38,348 nt of DNA from Gemmatimonadota bacterium (GTDB taxonomy: Bacteria > 4572-55 > J002): positions 1 through 38,348 of the forward strand of contig RFFQ01000016.1 of the NCBI GenBank assembly GCA_003697105.1, given 5' to 3'. Under the pieces are notes generated by a model. The model saw nothing but the letters and a program-made list of their open reading frames with translations, did no database searches and had not been told where the DNA came from. This document shows, piece after piece, positions 1 through 8,837 of the stretch. A program made the position numbers and the translations under genes. Each line of letters starts with the position of its first letter. The stretch's first letter is position 1.

Positions 1-1989
1 ATTGGCAAAAGGACGGTAACGCCCGTCTAAATCCGTGCCCCAACAATATTGCCCTTCGTACGCGGTAGCGGGACCACCGCTCTCCTGCGGGATGCCCCAC
101 TCCCAAAGACCGGTGCCGCTCCAATTTCCATCATCTTCCTCAAAACTTTGGGCACGTTGCAAGGCAAAATCCTGTTCGACCGTTTCACCAGCGTTGATAA
201 ACACTTCTGCCGTTTGCTCGCCATAACTGGGTGCGACACACTGCACGGTGTACTGATAATCGGCAGGAATCGCCTCAAATTGATAAAATCCGGTTGGACT
301 GGTCATCACGGCGGGAATGGGTACGTCTAGCAACTGGATAGTAGCACCGGTGAGGGGTTCGCCGGTTTGGACGTCGCTAACCATCCCTTGCAGTGTACCG
401 GTCGGTTGGGCTTCCAAGGTCACATCTATGGTAATGGCATCCCCATTTTCAAGGGTAATCATTTCCCCTTCGGAAGGGTAATACCCAAAAAATTCAGCAT
501 AGAGGGTGTATGTGCCGGGGTAGGTTTCCAATAGGTATTCACCATTTTCATTGGCTTCGGTTTCATAGGAGCGATCTCCTTCAACCCAGACCCGCGCCCT
601 TAACGGGTCTCCATCGGTGCTGGTCACAGTGCCGCTGATCGTGGCGGAGAGTGCCGCATCTAAGCCATCCAAAACCGTAATTCCGCTATCTTCAGGGTCC
701 AGCCAATCGACGAGCCGTGTGGAAGGGGTGCTACCATAATCCCATGACACCGAAAATTTACCATAGGCATCATAAGTAAGGCTGGTACAGGAGGCACTAC
801 CACCATGTAATTGCCCAACAATGCGATGATCGGGGTCAAAGAGGGGTGATCCGGACGAACCGCCTTCCGTTGTGCCGTCATCCCAACTACCGATTCGCCA
901 ATGGGAATCCGCCGGAGTACCGGGCCACGCCCACGAGGTCACCGGGTCATCATCGAACGATATTTTTTTGATGTCACCGCTGGGGTGGTGAATCCCGACG
1001 GAATGGGGTGACGGAGTATCCACCGCCGACCAACCGGCGTAGTAAACTTCATATTCTTCGGGGGGGTTTGCACTCAGCAAGAGCAATCCAAAATCGGAGG
1101 CAGAATTTGCTGCCAACCGGCTACAACCGGAAATGCTTTGATCGGTGGGACCATCAACATCCTCGCAACCGGGGCTTTCATAATTGAAGATAAACACCCA
1201 AGAGGTTTCGCCACCTAAGCAGTGGTTTGCCGTCAAAAAATAAGGGGTTTGATCTTGTAAGGCATTGTTGACCAGCGCCCCCGTACAAAGCCGGAATCCT
1301 CCTTGTGTGGTGATCAACGCCACCGAACGCTTTTCATCCTGCCACGGTTCCCCTTCCGGGCAATTAACGTTGTTATTGCACGAACCAGAATCGCCAAAAT
1401 CGCGCAACTGCGCTCGTGCCGCCGGATTGAAGGTCGGTCGATAGGCATGAACTACGGTCATGATGTTGATTTCACCGGCTTGGTCCACATTAGCGGGTTC
1501 AATGTATTCCAGAATTTGCACATCACCGGGGATAGGAGCCGTAGAAAATTGACCGTAGGGCTTATTGTTGCTTGCCGTGAACGCACCCCGTACATCACTC
1601 CGGTCACCATTATACAAAAATAATTGCGCACCTTCCGGCAACCAGTATCGATCAAACACTAAATTGATTGAGTACGCGCCGGGACACTCCAGTTTCAAAC
1701 GCCAAACCCGGTCACCATTCGGAAGCGTTTCCCAGGTACCATCGCGATCCAGTCCTACATCTACCGGAAAGGGATACCCAAATCGTAGGGGAATATCCCC
1801 CTCTTGTTGTTCAAGTTCATCTTCTGCCAATAACGCCGCCGCATCAACCGCGGGCAGGGTGATCGTGTCAATCGTAGGACTCAAACGGTGAGAAAAACTG
1901 ACCGGCTCGCCACCGGCACTGATCTGTGCCATGACAGGGGCAACTATTCCGGTCACAAATAATAACATGAAAGTGGTTAGGGACTTCAT
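1..1989 (-). CDS. Secreted lysyl endopeptidase-like serine protease (S1, Achromobacter protease I type) with two carboxypeptidase-regulatory-like domains; 3' end lies outside the window
   Basis: Manual translation gives an open frame from ATG 1989 (GGAGG at 1996-2000; alternative ATG 1992) to position 1. Signal peptide MKSLTTFMLLFVTGIVAPVMA, pro-region, CTGALVNN, TANHC (His), SDFGLL (Asp), TEGGSSGSP (Ser), GQLHGG, then ISGTVT / LQGMVSD beta-sandwich repeats. Not in the supplied ORF track because the stop is outside the window. Confidence 0.9.
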   Translation of the reverse strand, partial: MKSLTTFMLLFVTGIVAPVMAQISAGGEPVSFSHRLSPTIDTITLPAVDAAALLAEDELEQQEGDIPLRFGYPFPVDVGLDRDGTWETLPNGDRVWRLKLECPGAYSINLVFDRYWLPEGAQLFLYNGDRSDVRGAFTASNNKPYGQFSTAPIPGDVQILEYIEPANVDQAGEINIMTVVHAYRPTFNPAARAQLRDFGDSGSCNNNVNCPEGEPWQDEKRSVALITTQGGFRLCTGALVNNALQDQTPYFLTANHCLGGETSWVFIFNYESPGCEDVDGPTDQSISGCSRLAANSASDFGLLLLSANPPEEYEVYYAGWSAVDTPSPHSVGIHHPSGDIKKISFDDDPVTSWAWPGTPADSHWRIGSWDDGTTEGGSSGSPLFDPDHRIVGQLHGGSASCTSLTYDAYGKFSVSWDYGSTPSTRLVDWLDPEDSGITVLDGLDAALSATISGTVTSTDGDPLRARVWVEGDRSYETEANENGEYLLETYPGTYTLYAEFFGYYPSEGEMITLENGDAITIDVTLEAQPTGTLQGMVSDVQTGEPLTGATIQLLDVPIPAVMTSPTGFYQFEAIPADYQYTVQCVAPSYGEQTAEVFINAGETVEQDFALQRAQSFEEDDGNWSGTGLWEWGIPQESGGPATAYEGQYCWGTDLDGRYRPFAN

Positions 1990-2093
1990 CATAAACCTCC
2001 GAAAAAAATGTAAAAACAGTGGATAAATGAGGGATATAGGGGAAAATGGGGGTTTCATCTTACACCCGGTGCGGTTTCGCCTTGAAACATAAG

Positions 2094-2108
2094 GCAACGA
2101 TGGTGCCA
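2094..2108 (-). promoter_or_regulatory. Sigma54 (RpoN) -24/-12 promoter of the protease gene
   Basis: Minus strand reads TGGCAC-CATCG-TTGC, an exact match to TGGCAC-N5-TTGC, about 105 nt upstream of the start codon and correctly oriented. Confidence 0.7.
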
Positions 2109-2174
2109 CCCCGGTAAGCATTCTATTATGGGTACACGGTCTTAAATTAACGTTGCCATAAGTCTCAAATTTAT

Positions 2175-2203
2175 TTGCGAAATACTTAGATAGGGATTAT
2201 AAT
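2175..2203 (+). promoter_or_regulatory. Sigma70-type promoter of the NHL-wzc-queG operon
   Basis: TTGCGA-17 nt-TATAAT upstream of the ATG at 2323. Confidence 0.6.
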
Positions 2204-2322
2204 GTCATTTGCGAGCATAGGAAAGAACTTTTTTACCAAAAAAACCTTGAAAGCCACGCCTGTGACATTATGACCACCCCCTTCGTTTATCTTTTCATGC
2301 GCTTTGAGGACCAGACCGGTTT

Positions 2323-3213
2323 ATGTTCCGTTATCTGATCGCGTCAATGGCTCTACTTTTTGTGTGTTGCACGATATCCCAGCCCACCCTTTCACCGCCC
2401 CCCGCACCAAATTTATTTGGAAGTTGTGGTACACGGGCAGGCCAGTTCTCCGAACCACAAGGGTTCTGCCTTGGTGTTTTTGATCATATTTTTATCGCGG
2501 ATACGGGTAACCACCGGGTGCAAGTGTTTAAAACGACCGGAGAATTTGTGACAGAATTTGGACACTTTGGTTCTCGTTCAGAAGAGTTCAATTATCCAAC
2601 CGATGTGGCAACCGACGGATTGTTTTTGTACGTGGTGGATTCCCAGAATCAGCGCGTGCAACGGTTTGATGCAAAGCGGTTTACTTTTCAAGATATATTT
2701 TTGACTGCAGACCGGGATCCATCGGTTTTAGAAGGCACACCGTTAGGCAATTTGGAGCACATTGCGGTGTCCCTTTCCGGCAAAGTGGCAGTCACCGATC
2801 CCGATAATCAGCGGGTGATTTTGTTGGATAATACCGGCCGTATCAATCGCGTAATACGCCCCGGCAATATTGGGGGAAAACCCGTTTTTGGAACAGATAA
2901 CCGGCTGTATATTCCGGTGGCACCGTCCCACATTTTTAGTGTCAATCATCAAGGGTTAGACCCCCAACGCCTAATTCTCCACCCCGGCGGGAAGCCCCAC
3001 CCTTTGGAATCACCTTGGGGAATCGCATTCAATCAAGACCAACGCGTTATTTATGATCGATTCAGCCTGCGCACCGAAGGGAAAACCATTATCGAATTTC
3101 CGTTTCCGGTGACCGAAATCCAGATTCGGAACGGAATCGCTTATTTTCTCAGTACGGAATGGTGTGGCTGGACTCAGGCACCATTGCCCCCGGAGGAAAA
3201 AACATCTCTATGA
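2323..3213 (+). CDS. NHL-repeat beta-propeller protein, exported (possible lipoprotein)
   Basis: NHL motifs FSEPQG..IFIADTGNHRVQVF, FNYPTDVA..LYVVDSQNQRVQRF, VAVTDPDNQRVILLD; hydrophobic N-terminus ending LLFVCC. Confidence 0.8.
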   Translation: MFRYLIASMALLFVCCTISQPTLSPPPAPNLFGSCGTRAGQFSEPQGFCLGVFDHIFIADTGNHRVQVFKTTGEFVTEFGHFGSRSEEFNYPTDVATDGLFLYVVDSQNQRVQRFDAKRFTFQDIFLTADRDPSVLEGTPLGNLEHIAVSLSGKVAVTDPDNQRVILLDNTGRINRVIRPGNIGGKPVFGTDNRLYIPVAPSHIFSVNHQGLDPQRLILHPGGKPHPLESPWGIAFNQDQRVIYDRFSLRTEGKTIIEFPFPVTEIQIRNGIAYFLSTEWCGWTQAPLPPEEKTSL

Positions 3214-5504
3214 AACCAGAACGAGAACCTCATGCGAATCCGTTGGACGGAAATCTATTCGCCCCCACGCTTTGGTCCTTCTTGGATGAGGGCAACCAAC
3301 CGTCTTCACCCGATTTTCACCAATTGTTGCAACTGATTTATCGTCACCGGTGGTTAGTGGTATTTGTGTTTTTAACCGTGATGATTCTCACGGTAATGTA
3401 CAATTATCTAGCCACACCGATCTACAAAGCAAATGCAAAAGTTGCCATTCGCACCTCTGAGACGGCAATGCCTTTGTTTTCCTCAATGTACTCCGGCTGG
3501 GTCAGCCAACGTGAAATTACCAACCAAATTGAGATATTGAAAAGCCGCACGTTGATGGAAAAAACATTGGCACGCTTACGCGCTTTTGGACCGGATGTGG
3601 ATTTACCGGTTCGGCAAGCACAAGACCCCGTTGGGGCACTACAGCAGGCGTTGGTATTTAATCCTATCCGGGATACTGACTTGATCGAGATCAGCGCAAC
3701 CTCTGCTTCCCCCGAAGCAGCCAAACTTATTGTTAATACCGTGATTGAGGTCTTCGATAAAGAAAGCCTGGACACTAGCCGGGAAAAAGTGCGCGAAGTG
3801 CGCCGCTTTTTGGATGAACAAAAACAGATTGCGGAAGAACGCCTCCGCGCTTCCGAAGAGGAACTCCGGGCGTTCAAAGAATCTTCCGACGTGATCTCAT
3901 TTAGTGGCGTAACAGAAAAAGTGCTAAGTGAACTCACCACCTTCGAAAGTCAATTAAACATCAATCAGACGGAATTGGAATCAAAAGAGAGCCAACTTCG
4001 CCAACTACAAGCCCAATTGCAAGAGATTAAAGGAAAACCGGTCGATCAGAATCAAAGTGAGCTATATCGGGAGTTGACCGCGACAATCGTCCGCAAAGAA
4101 ACACGCTTGATCGAATTACTCTCGCAAGGATACTCAGAAACCCATCCTGAAATTAAAGACCTCCGCACGGAGATCGAGGATGCAAAACTCACAGCAAAAG
4201 AATTGGCAAGAGCAATCATTGACCGGAATGAGGTCGATAATCCGGTGCAACAAGCCCAGCTCCTTCAGGAGCAAATTTTAGCCTTACAAGTGGATATAGA
4301 AACGTTGCGGGCAAAAAAGCAGGCACTGGAACAAGTGGTGAACAATTACCAACAGCGACTGACTACGCTCCCCACCAAAGAATTAGTACTGGCGGAACTC
4401 ACCCGCCAAGTGGAGGTCAACAAAAAAATATACTTGCTGTTAGTGGAAAAATTAGAAGAAGCCCGTATTCAGGAAGCCGGCGAAATTGGCAATGTGGTTG
4501 TAATTGATCCGGCGATTAAACCCCAAAAACCGGTTCGTCCTAACCGGCAGCGCAACATCTTACTTGGGTTTATTCTTGGGTTGGGACTAGGAATCGGAGT
4601 GGTCATGGTAAAGGGATATCTAAACCAAACGATCACCACGATAGAAGATATTGAACAGCATTTCAACTTACCATTACTGGGACTGATTCCAGTGATTCAT
4701 CCTGAATTTATCCATACCAGAAAAAAGCGGCGCGCCCTCAACCGATCTTCCGGTAAAACACCCCCAGACACCATGTTGATTACGCATCATTCGCCCAAAT
4801 CACCGGTGACAGAAGCGTATCGCACAATCCGCACGAGCTTGCAATTTGCCACGGTGGATTCACCCCTCCAATCCATACTGGTAACCAGTTGTGGTCCCCG
4901 GGAAGGAAAATCCACCACCATTGCCAATCTCGCAATTACCCTCAGCCGAATGGGAACCAAAACATTGATTGTGGATACCGATCTCCGCCGTCCAAGTTTA
5001 CACCGGCTCTTCCGGCGCCCCCAACAACCGGGTTTGGTGGACATACTCATGAATCAGGCAGACATATCGGACATCATTCACACCCACATTTTGGAAGAAC
5101 AGGATAACTCCGGGAATGTGATCGAATCCAACGAACTGGCACTGATTACCAGCGGTACCATTCCCCCCAACCCCTCCGAATTAATCGCTTCTAGCCGGAT
5201 GCAGGCGCTGATTAATCGCCTAAAACAACAATACGATGTCATCCTTTTTGATACCCCACCCGTGATTCCGGTAACCGATGCGGTGGTACTTTCCACTCGA
5301 GTAGATGGGGTACTACTGGTCTTTTCGGCGGAGAACACCAGCATTTCAGCGGTGAAACGAACCCTCTCCATTTTAGCAGGAGTTCACGCGCATATTTTAG
5401 GGACGGTCTTAAACAACTTTGAAACCAAACACTACTATGGCAAATATCATTATGGACGCGACTATCACACCTATTACCGCCACCAGCCCGATCACCAGAC
5501 CTAA
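3210..5504 (+). CDS. wzc: Polysaccharide co-polymerase / BY-kinase (Wzc/GumC family tyrosine autokinase)
   Basis: TM - long coiled coil - TM - kinase. EAYRTIRT, Walker A GPREGKST, DTDLRRP, Walker B ILFDTPP, C-terminal Tyr cluster YYGKYHYGRDYHTYY. Start moved to ATG 3210 (ATGA overlap with upstream stop). Confidence 0.9.
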   Translation: MKPEREPHANPLDGNLFAPTLWSFLDEGNQPSSPDFHQLLQLIYRHRWLVVFVFLTVMILTVMYNYLATPIYKANAKVAIRTSETAMPLFSSMYSGWVSQREITNQIEILKSRTLMEKTLARLRAFGPDVDLPVRQAQDPVGALQQALVFNPIRDTDLIEISATSASPEAAKLIVNTVIEVFDKESLDTSREKVREVRRFLDEQKQIAEERLRASEEELRAFKESSDVISFSGVTEKVLSELTTFESQLNINQTELESKESQLRQLQAQLQEIKGKPVDQNQSELYRELTATIVRKETRLIELLSQGYSETHPEIKDLRTEIEDAKLTAKELARAIIDRNEVDNPVQQAQLLQEQILALQVDIETLRAKKQALEQVVNNYQQRLTTLPTKELVLAELTRQVEVNKKIYLLLVEKLEEARIQEAGEIGNVVVIDPAIKPQKPVRPNRQRNILLGFILGLGLGIGVVMVKGYLNQTITTIEDIEQHFNLPLLGLIPVIHPEFIHTRKKRRALNRSSGKTPPDTMLITHHSPKSPVTEAYRTIRTSLQFATVDSPLQSILVTSCGPREGKSTTIANLAITLSRMGTKTLIVDTDLRRPSLHRLFRRPQQPGLVDILMNQADISDIIHTHILEEQDNSGNVIESNELALITSGTIPPNPSELIASSRMQALINRLKQQYDVILFDTPPVIPVTDAVVLSTRVDGVLLVFSAENTSISAVKRTLSILAGVHAHILGTVLNNFETKHYYGKYHYGRDYHTYYRHQPDHQT

Positions 5505-5515
5505 AGGATGTGAAG

Positions 5516-6559
5516 ATGAAACCAGTGCTAAAATTGGTGTTAAGTCTGCTATTTAGCGGACTCTTTTTATATTTAGCATTCCAGCCCATTAACTTCCAAA
5601 AACTTGGGGTTGCGTTGCAACAGGTCCATTATGGAGGGGTGCTGTTGGCAGTGGTGTTCACCCTGTCCAGTTATATTCCCCGAGCGTTGCGGTGGCGCTA
5701 TCTGCTCCGGTCTATCAAATCGATCCCGCATTTACGGTTATATTCTCCGTTGATGATCGGTTTTATGGGCAATTGCGTCTTGCCGGCGCGAATGGGTGAA
5801 TTTTTACGGGCGTATGTGGTGGGACGGCAAGAATCCATCAGCAAAAGCTCCGCATTTGCCACCATTGTAGTCAGCCGGTTGTTCGATGGGCTAAGTTTGT
5901 TGTTTTTCCTCTGGTTGATTGCCGTTGTGGCAGCGCCAGACTGGGGGGAAATTCCGGTCAGCATCGGTGGCTATCATGCTCAATTACCGGTCAGCACTCT
6001 CAGCATGTTGTTTTTGGGGGGATATATGACAGTTGTGCTGGTGTTGGTTGCCCTTTGCCTGTGGGAAGAGCAGACATTACGTCTGATCCAGTTGTTGCTT
6101 TTTGGAGTACCGCACCGGTTCAAAGCGCGAATTTTAGACCTGTTGCGCGGATTTGTGGCGGGCTTACATATCATCAAAAACCTCAAAGATTTACTTAGCA
6201 TTAGCGGATATTCATTGATCATTTGGGTATTGTTGGGGATTTCGTATATGCCCCTCCTGATGGCGATTGATTTTGGCACGACGTTCCCCTTTTACACCCC
6301 GTTTTTGCTGGTTGCTATTTCGTCCTTTGGCGCCGCCATTCCTGCCGCGCCCGGCTTTATCGGGACGTATCACTACTTTTTGATGTTTGCCCTCAATATG
6401 GTTGCCGTTGGGGTCGATCAACATCATGTTGCCGCCCTCGCCATTATTGCCCACGCGGTGCAAGTCCTACCGGTTATCCTCATTGGACTCATCTTTTTTA
6501 TGAAAGAACATCTTTCTTTCCGCACCATTCGAGCAAAACAGATGGAGGTAAACCCCTGA
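5516..6559 (+). CDS. Lysylphosphatidylglycerol-synthase TM-domain / UPF0104 flippase-like membrane protein
   Basis: Multi-TM protein with RALRWRYLL, N.vLPARMGEFLRAY, R.FD and P..PG.IGTYH motifs. ATG 5516 with AAGGA RBS preferred over GTG 5510. Confidence 0.85.
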   Translation: MKPVLKLVLSLLFSGLFLYLAFQPINFQKLGVALQQVHYGGVLLAVVFTLSSYIPRALRWRYLLRSIKSIPHLRLYSPLMIGFMGNCVLPARMGEFLRAYVVGRQESISKSSAFATIVVSRLFDGLSLLFFLWLIAVVAAPDWGEIPVSIGGYHAQLPVSTLSMLFLGGYMTVVLVLVALCLWEEQTLRLIQLLLFGVPHRFKARILDLLRGFVAGLHIIKNLKDLLSISGYSLIIWVLLGISYMPLLMAIDFGTTFPFYTPFLLVAISSFGAAIPAAPGFIGTYHYFLMFALNMVAVGVDQHHVAALAIIAHAVQVLPVILIGLIFFMKEHLSFRTIRAKQMEVNP

Positions 6560-7497
6560 TGCCCTCTTTATCGAACCAAATCAAAGCTAAAGCTAAAGCT
6601 CTGGGCTTTTGCTTGGTGGGTATTGCTCCGGCAGAACCGCTCCAGTCAGAAGCGGATCAACTGGCAGAATGGTTGGCTCGGGGTTATCACGCAACCATGC
6701 ACTGGATGGAACGGCATCGCGAGAAACGAATCGATCCGGCAAAGCTGGTGCCGGGGGCACAGTCGATCATTGTGGTGGCAATGAATTACAAAACGGATTA
6801 TGAGCCAGTGGATGATCCTCAGGTGGGTAAAATCAGCCGCTATGCCTGCGGGGATGATTATCATGAGGTGCTTCGCCCTCGCCTGAAAGCCTTGTTGCAC
6901 TTCATCCAAACGCTGGTGCCGGCAGCGGAAGGGCGTGTTTTTGTGGATACGGCCCCAATGATGGATAAAGTATGGGCGGTGCGTGCCGGAATCGGTTGGC
7001 AAGGTAAACATACGAATGTAATCCACCGGGAGTGGGGGTCCTGGTTTTTTTTAGGGGAAGTTGTGGTCAACATTGAGTTGGAGTATGATACTCCCATTCT
7101 GGATTACTGCGGTACTTGCACACGCTGTCTGGATGCCTGCCCAACCGGGGCAATTGTAGCACCATACCAACTGAACGCTGAACGCTGTATATCCTACCAA
7201 ACCATCGAACATCGCGGCGATCTGCGGGCTGATTTAGTCCCGGACTTCCAAAATTGGATTTTTGGCTGTGATATCTGTCAGGAGGTCTGTCCCTGGAACC
7301 AAAAATTTGCCCCATCGACGGACGAACCTGCCTTTCAACCCCGACCGGAAAATGAAAATCGCCCTCTGAAGGAATGGATGGGATTAACCGAAGATGATTT
7401 TCGGAAACGGTTCCGAAAGAGTGCCGTAAAACGGACAAAATTTCAGGGATTTATGCGGAATGTAGCGGCAGTTGCCGATCAGGCAAAGGGCGTCTGA
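6559..7497 (+). CDS. queG: tRNA epoxyqueuosine(34) reductase QueG
   Basis: ISRYACGDDYH, VDTAP, GIGWQGK, CGTCTRCLDACP, CISY.TIE and FGCDICQEVCPWN motifs (two 4Fe-4S clusters plus cobalamin-binding region). Confidence 0.93.
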   Translation: MPSLSNQIKAKAKALGFCLVGIAPAEPLQSEADQLAEWLARGYHATMHWMERHREKRIDPAKLVPGAQSIIVVAMNYKTDYEPVDDPQVGKISRYACGDDYHEVLRPRLKALLHFIQTLVPAAEGRVFVDTAPMMDKVWAVRAGIGWQGKHTNVIHREWGSWFFLGEVVVNIELEYDTPILDYCGTCTRCLDACPTGAIVAPYQLNAERCISYQTIEHRGDLRADLVPDFQNWIFGCDICQEVCPWNQKFAPSTDEPAFQPRPENENRPLKEWMGLTEDDFRKRFRKSAVKRTKFQGFMRNVAAVADQAKGV

Positions 7498-8837
7498 ATC
7501 TCGGACGAAAGTTCAAACACTTCTTTTAAGGCGTGGGTCAATTCATCAAGCGTCGCTGTGGCGGGAAGGGTTTTCTCAATGTGTTCTGAACGTGAAATAG
7601 ACCCCTCCGGTACACCAACTAACACAATCGGTAAACTCGGGTTCGGTAAATCTGGGTTGTGCCGGATCAGTTTAATGAGTTGCTCTCCCCGAATAATGGG
7701 CATATCGTTAAATAGAAGTAGCCCGTCGGGGTTTTCCGTGACCATCATGGAAAGGACATCCGGTCCGCTTTCCGCAAAGACTAACTGAAAGCGTTGGAGT
7801 CCCAGCTTTTCAGCTAATAAGTTGACCGGCTCTTTATGTCGGATTCCGACCAAAACGCGCCGTACGGGGGTAATTTTGGTTTCCTTCAAATCATCACTAC
7901 GCTTATCAATGACAATATTACTACCGGGCAATTTTTTAGCGTAACCTTTCAATTCCCCTTCAATATCACCGATTTGCCCCGGGTGGGTGATCGTCCGCTT
8001 GACATTGGTGATGACCACAATGGTGATGGTCATAATCGGGAACTGCATTACCTCACCTTGCCGGTTTTCACTAATAAAGTATCCCCGTTCCAAATCCTCT
8101 GGACGAAAAAAGGCTTTAATCTTCTCATCAAATTGGTCCACGATCCGCTGGCAGACCGCATGCATCCGGTCGGGCGTTGTCACGAAGATGAAATCATCCC
8201 CCCCAATATGTCCCACGAAATCATCCGGGTTCCCCAGTTTAGAGACGGCATCACTAATAATCTGCGCCGTTAAAAAAAGCACTTTATCGCCGGCTTGAAA
8301 TCCATATTTATCATTATACGCCTTAAATTGATCCAGATCGGTGTAGCAGACCGCAAATTTCTCGTTGGCGATGATCCGTTTTGCCAATTCGCGTTCCCGT
8401 GAGACGTAACCGGGCAGACGGGTGAGGGGGTTGGCATCCAAATATTGGCGTTGTCGCTTCAGGACGGTATCCACCCGGGCAATAAGTTCTTCATTGATAA
8501 AGGGTTTGGTCACAAAGTCATTCCCGCCGGCGTAGAGTGCCTCCACTTTGTTGCCCACTTCATTCATGGCAGAAAGGAAAATGATGGGAATATGCCGGGT
8601 GAACACGTTCTGTTGCAACCGCCGGCAGACCTCCAGACCGTCCATTTCCGGCATCATGACATCCAGAATCACCAAATCTGGGTTGAACTTTTCCACATTT
8701 TCTAACGCCTGCTTTCCATTGGAATTCATACTAACGGTATATCCATTGAGTTCCAGCACCTTGGAAACCAGTGTGAGGATTAGGTCATCATCATCAACAA
8801 TCATAATGCGTGCTTTGGAAGTTGATTCTGTGGTCAT
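7479..8837 (-). CDS. REC-GGDEF-(degenerate REC) diguanylate cyclase response regulator
   Basis: N-terminal REC (IVDDD, LDVMMP, KPF); DANPLTRLPG, DLDQFKAYND, HIGGDDF; C-terminal receiver-like domain without the acidic pocket or phospho-Asp. Confidence 0.88.
   Translation of the reverse strand: MTTESTSKARIMIVDDDDLILTLVSKVLELNGYTVSMNSNGKQALENVEKFNPDLVILDVMMPEMDGLEVCRRLQQNVFTRHIPIIFLSAMNEVGNKVEALYAGGNDFVTKPFINEELIARVDTVLKRQRQYLDANPLTRLPGYVSRERELAKRIIANEKFAVCYTDLDQFKAYNDKYGFQAGDKVLFLTAQIISDAVSKLGNPDDFVGHIGGDDFIFVTTPDRMHAVCQRIVDQFDEKIKAFFRPEDLERGYFISENRQGEVMQFPIMTITIVVITNVKRTITHPGQIGDIEGELKGYAKKLPGSNIVIDKRSDDLKETKITPVRRVLVGIRHKEPVNLLAEKLGLQRFQLVFAESGPDVLSMMVTENPDGLLLFNDMPIIRGEQLIKLIRHNPDLPNPSLPIVLVGVPEGSISRSEHIEKTLPATATLDELTHALKEVFELSSEIQTPFA

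Noticed and set aside
3159..3209. Longest-ORF starts for wzc (3159), mlaF (11074) and DUF309 fusion (18285)
   Set aside because: Downstream ATGs that overlap the upstream stop codons (3210, 11047, 18246) fit better.
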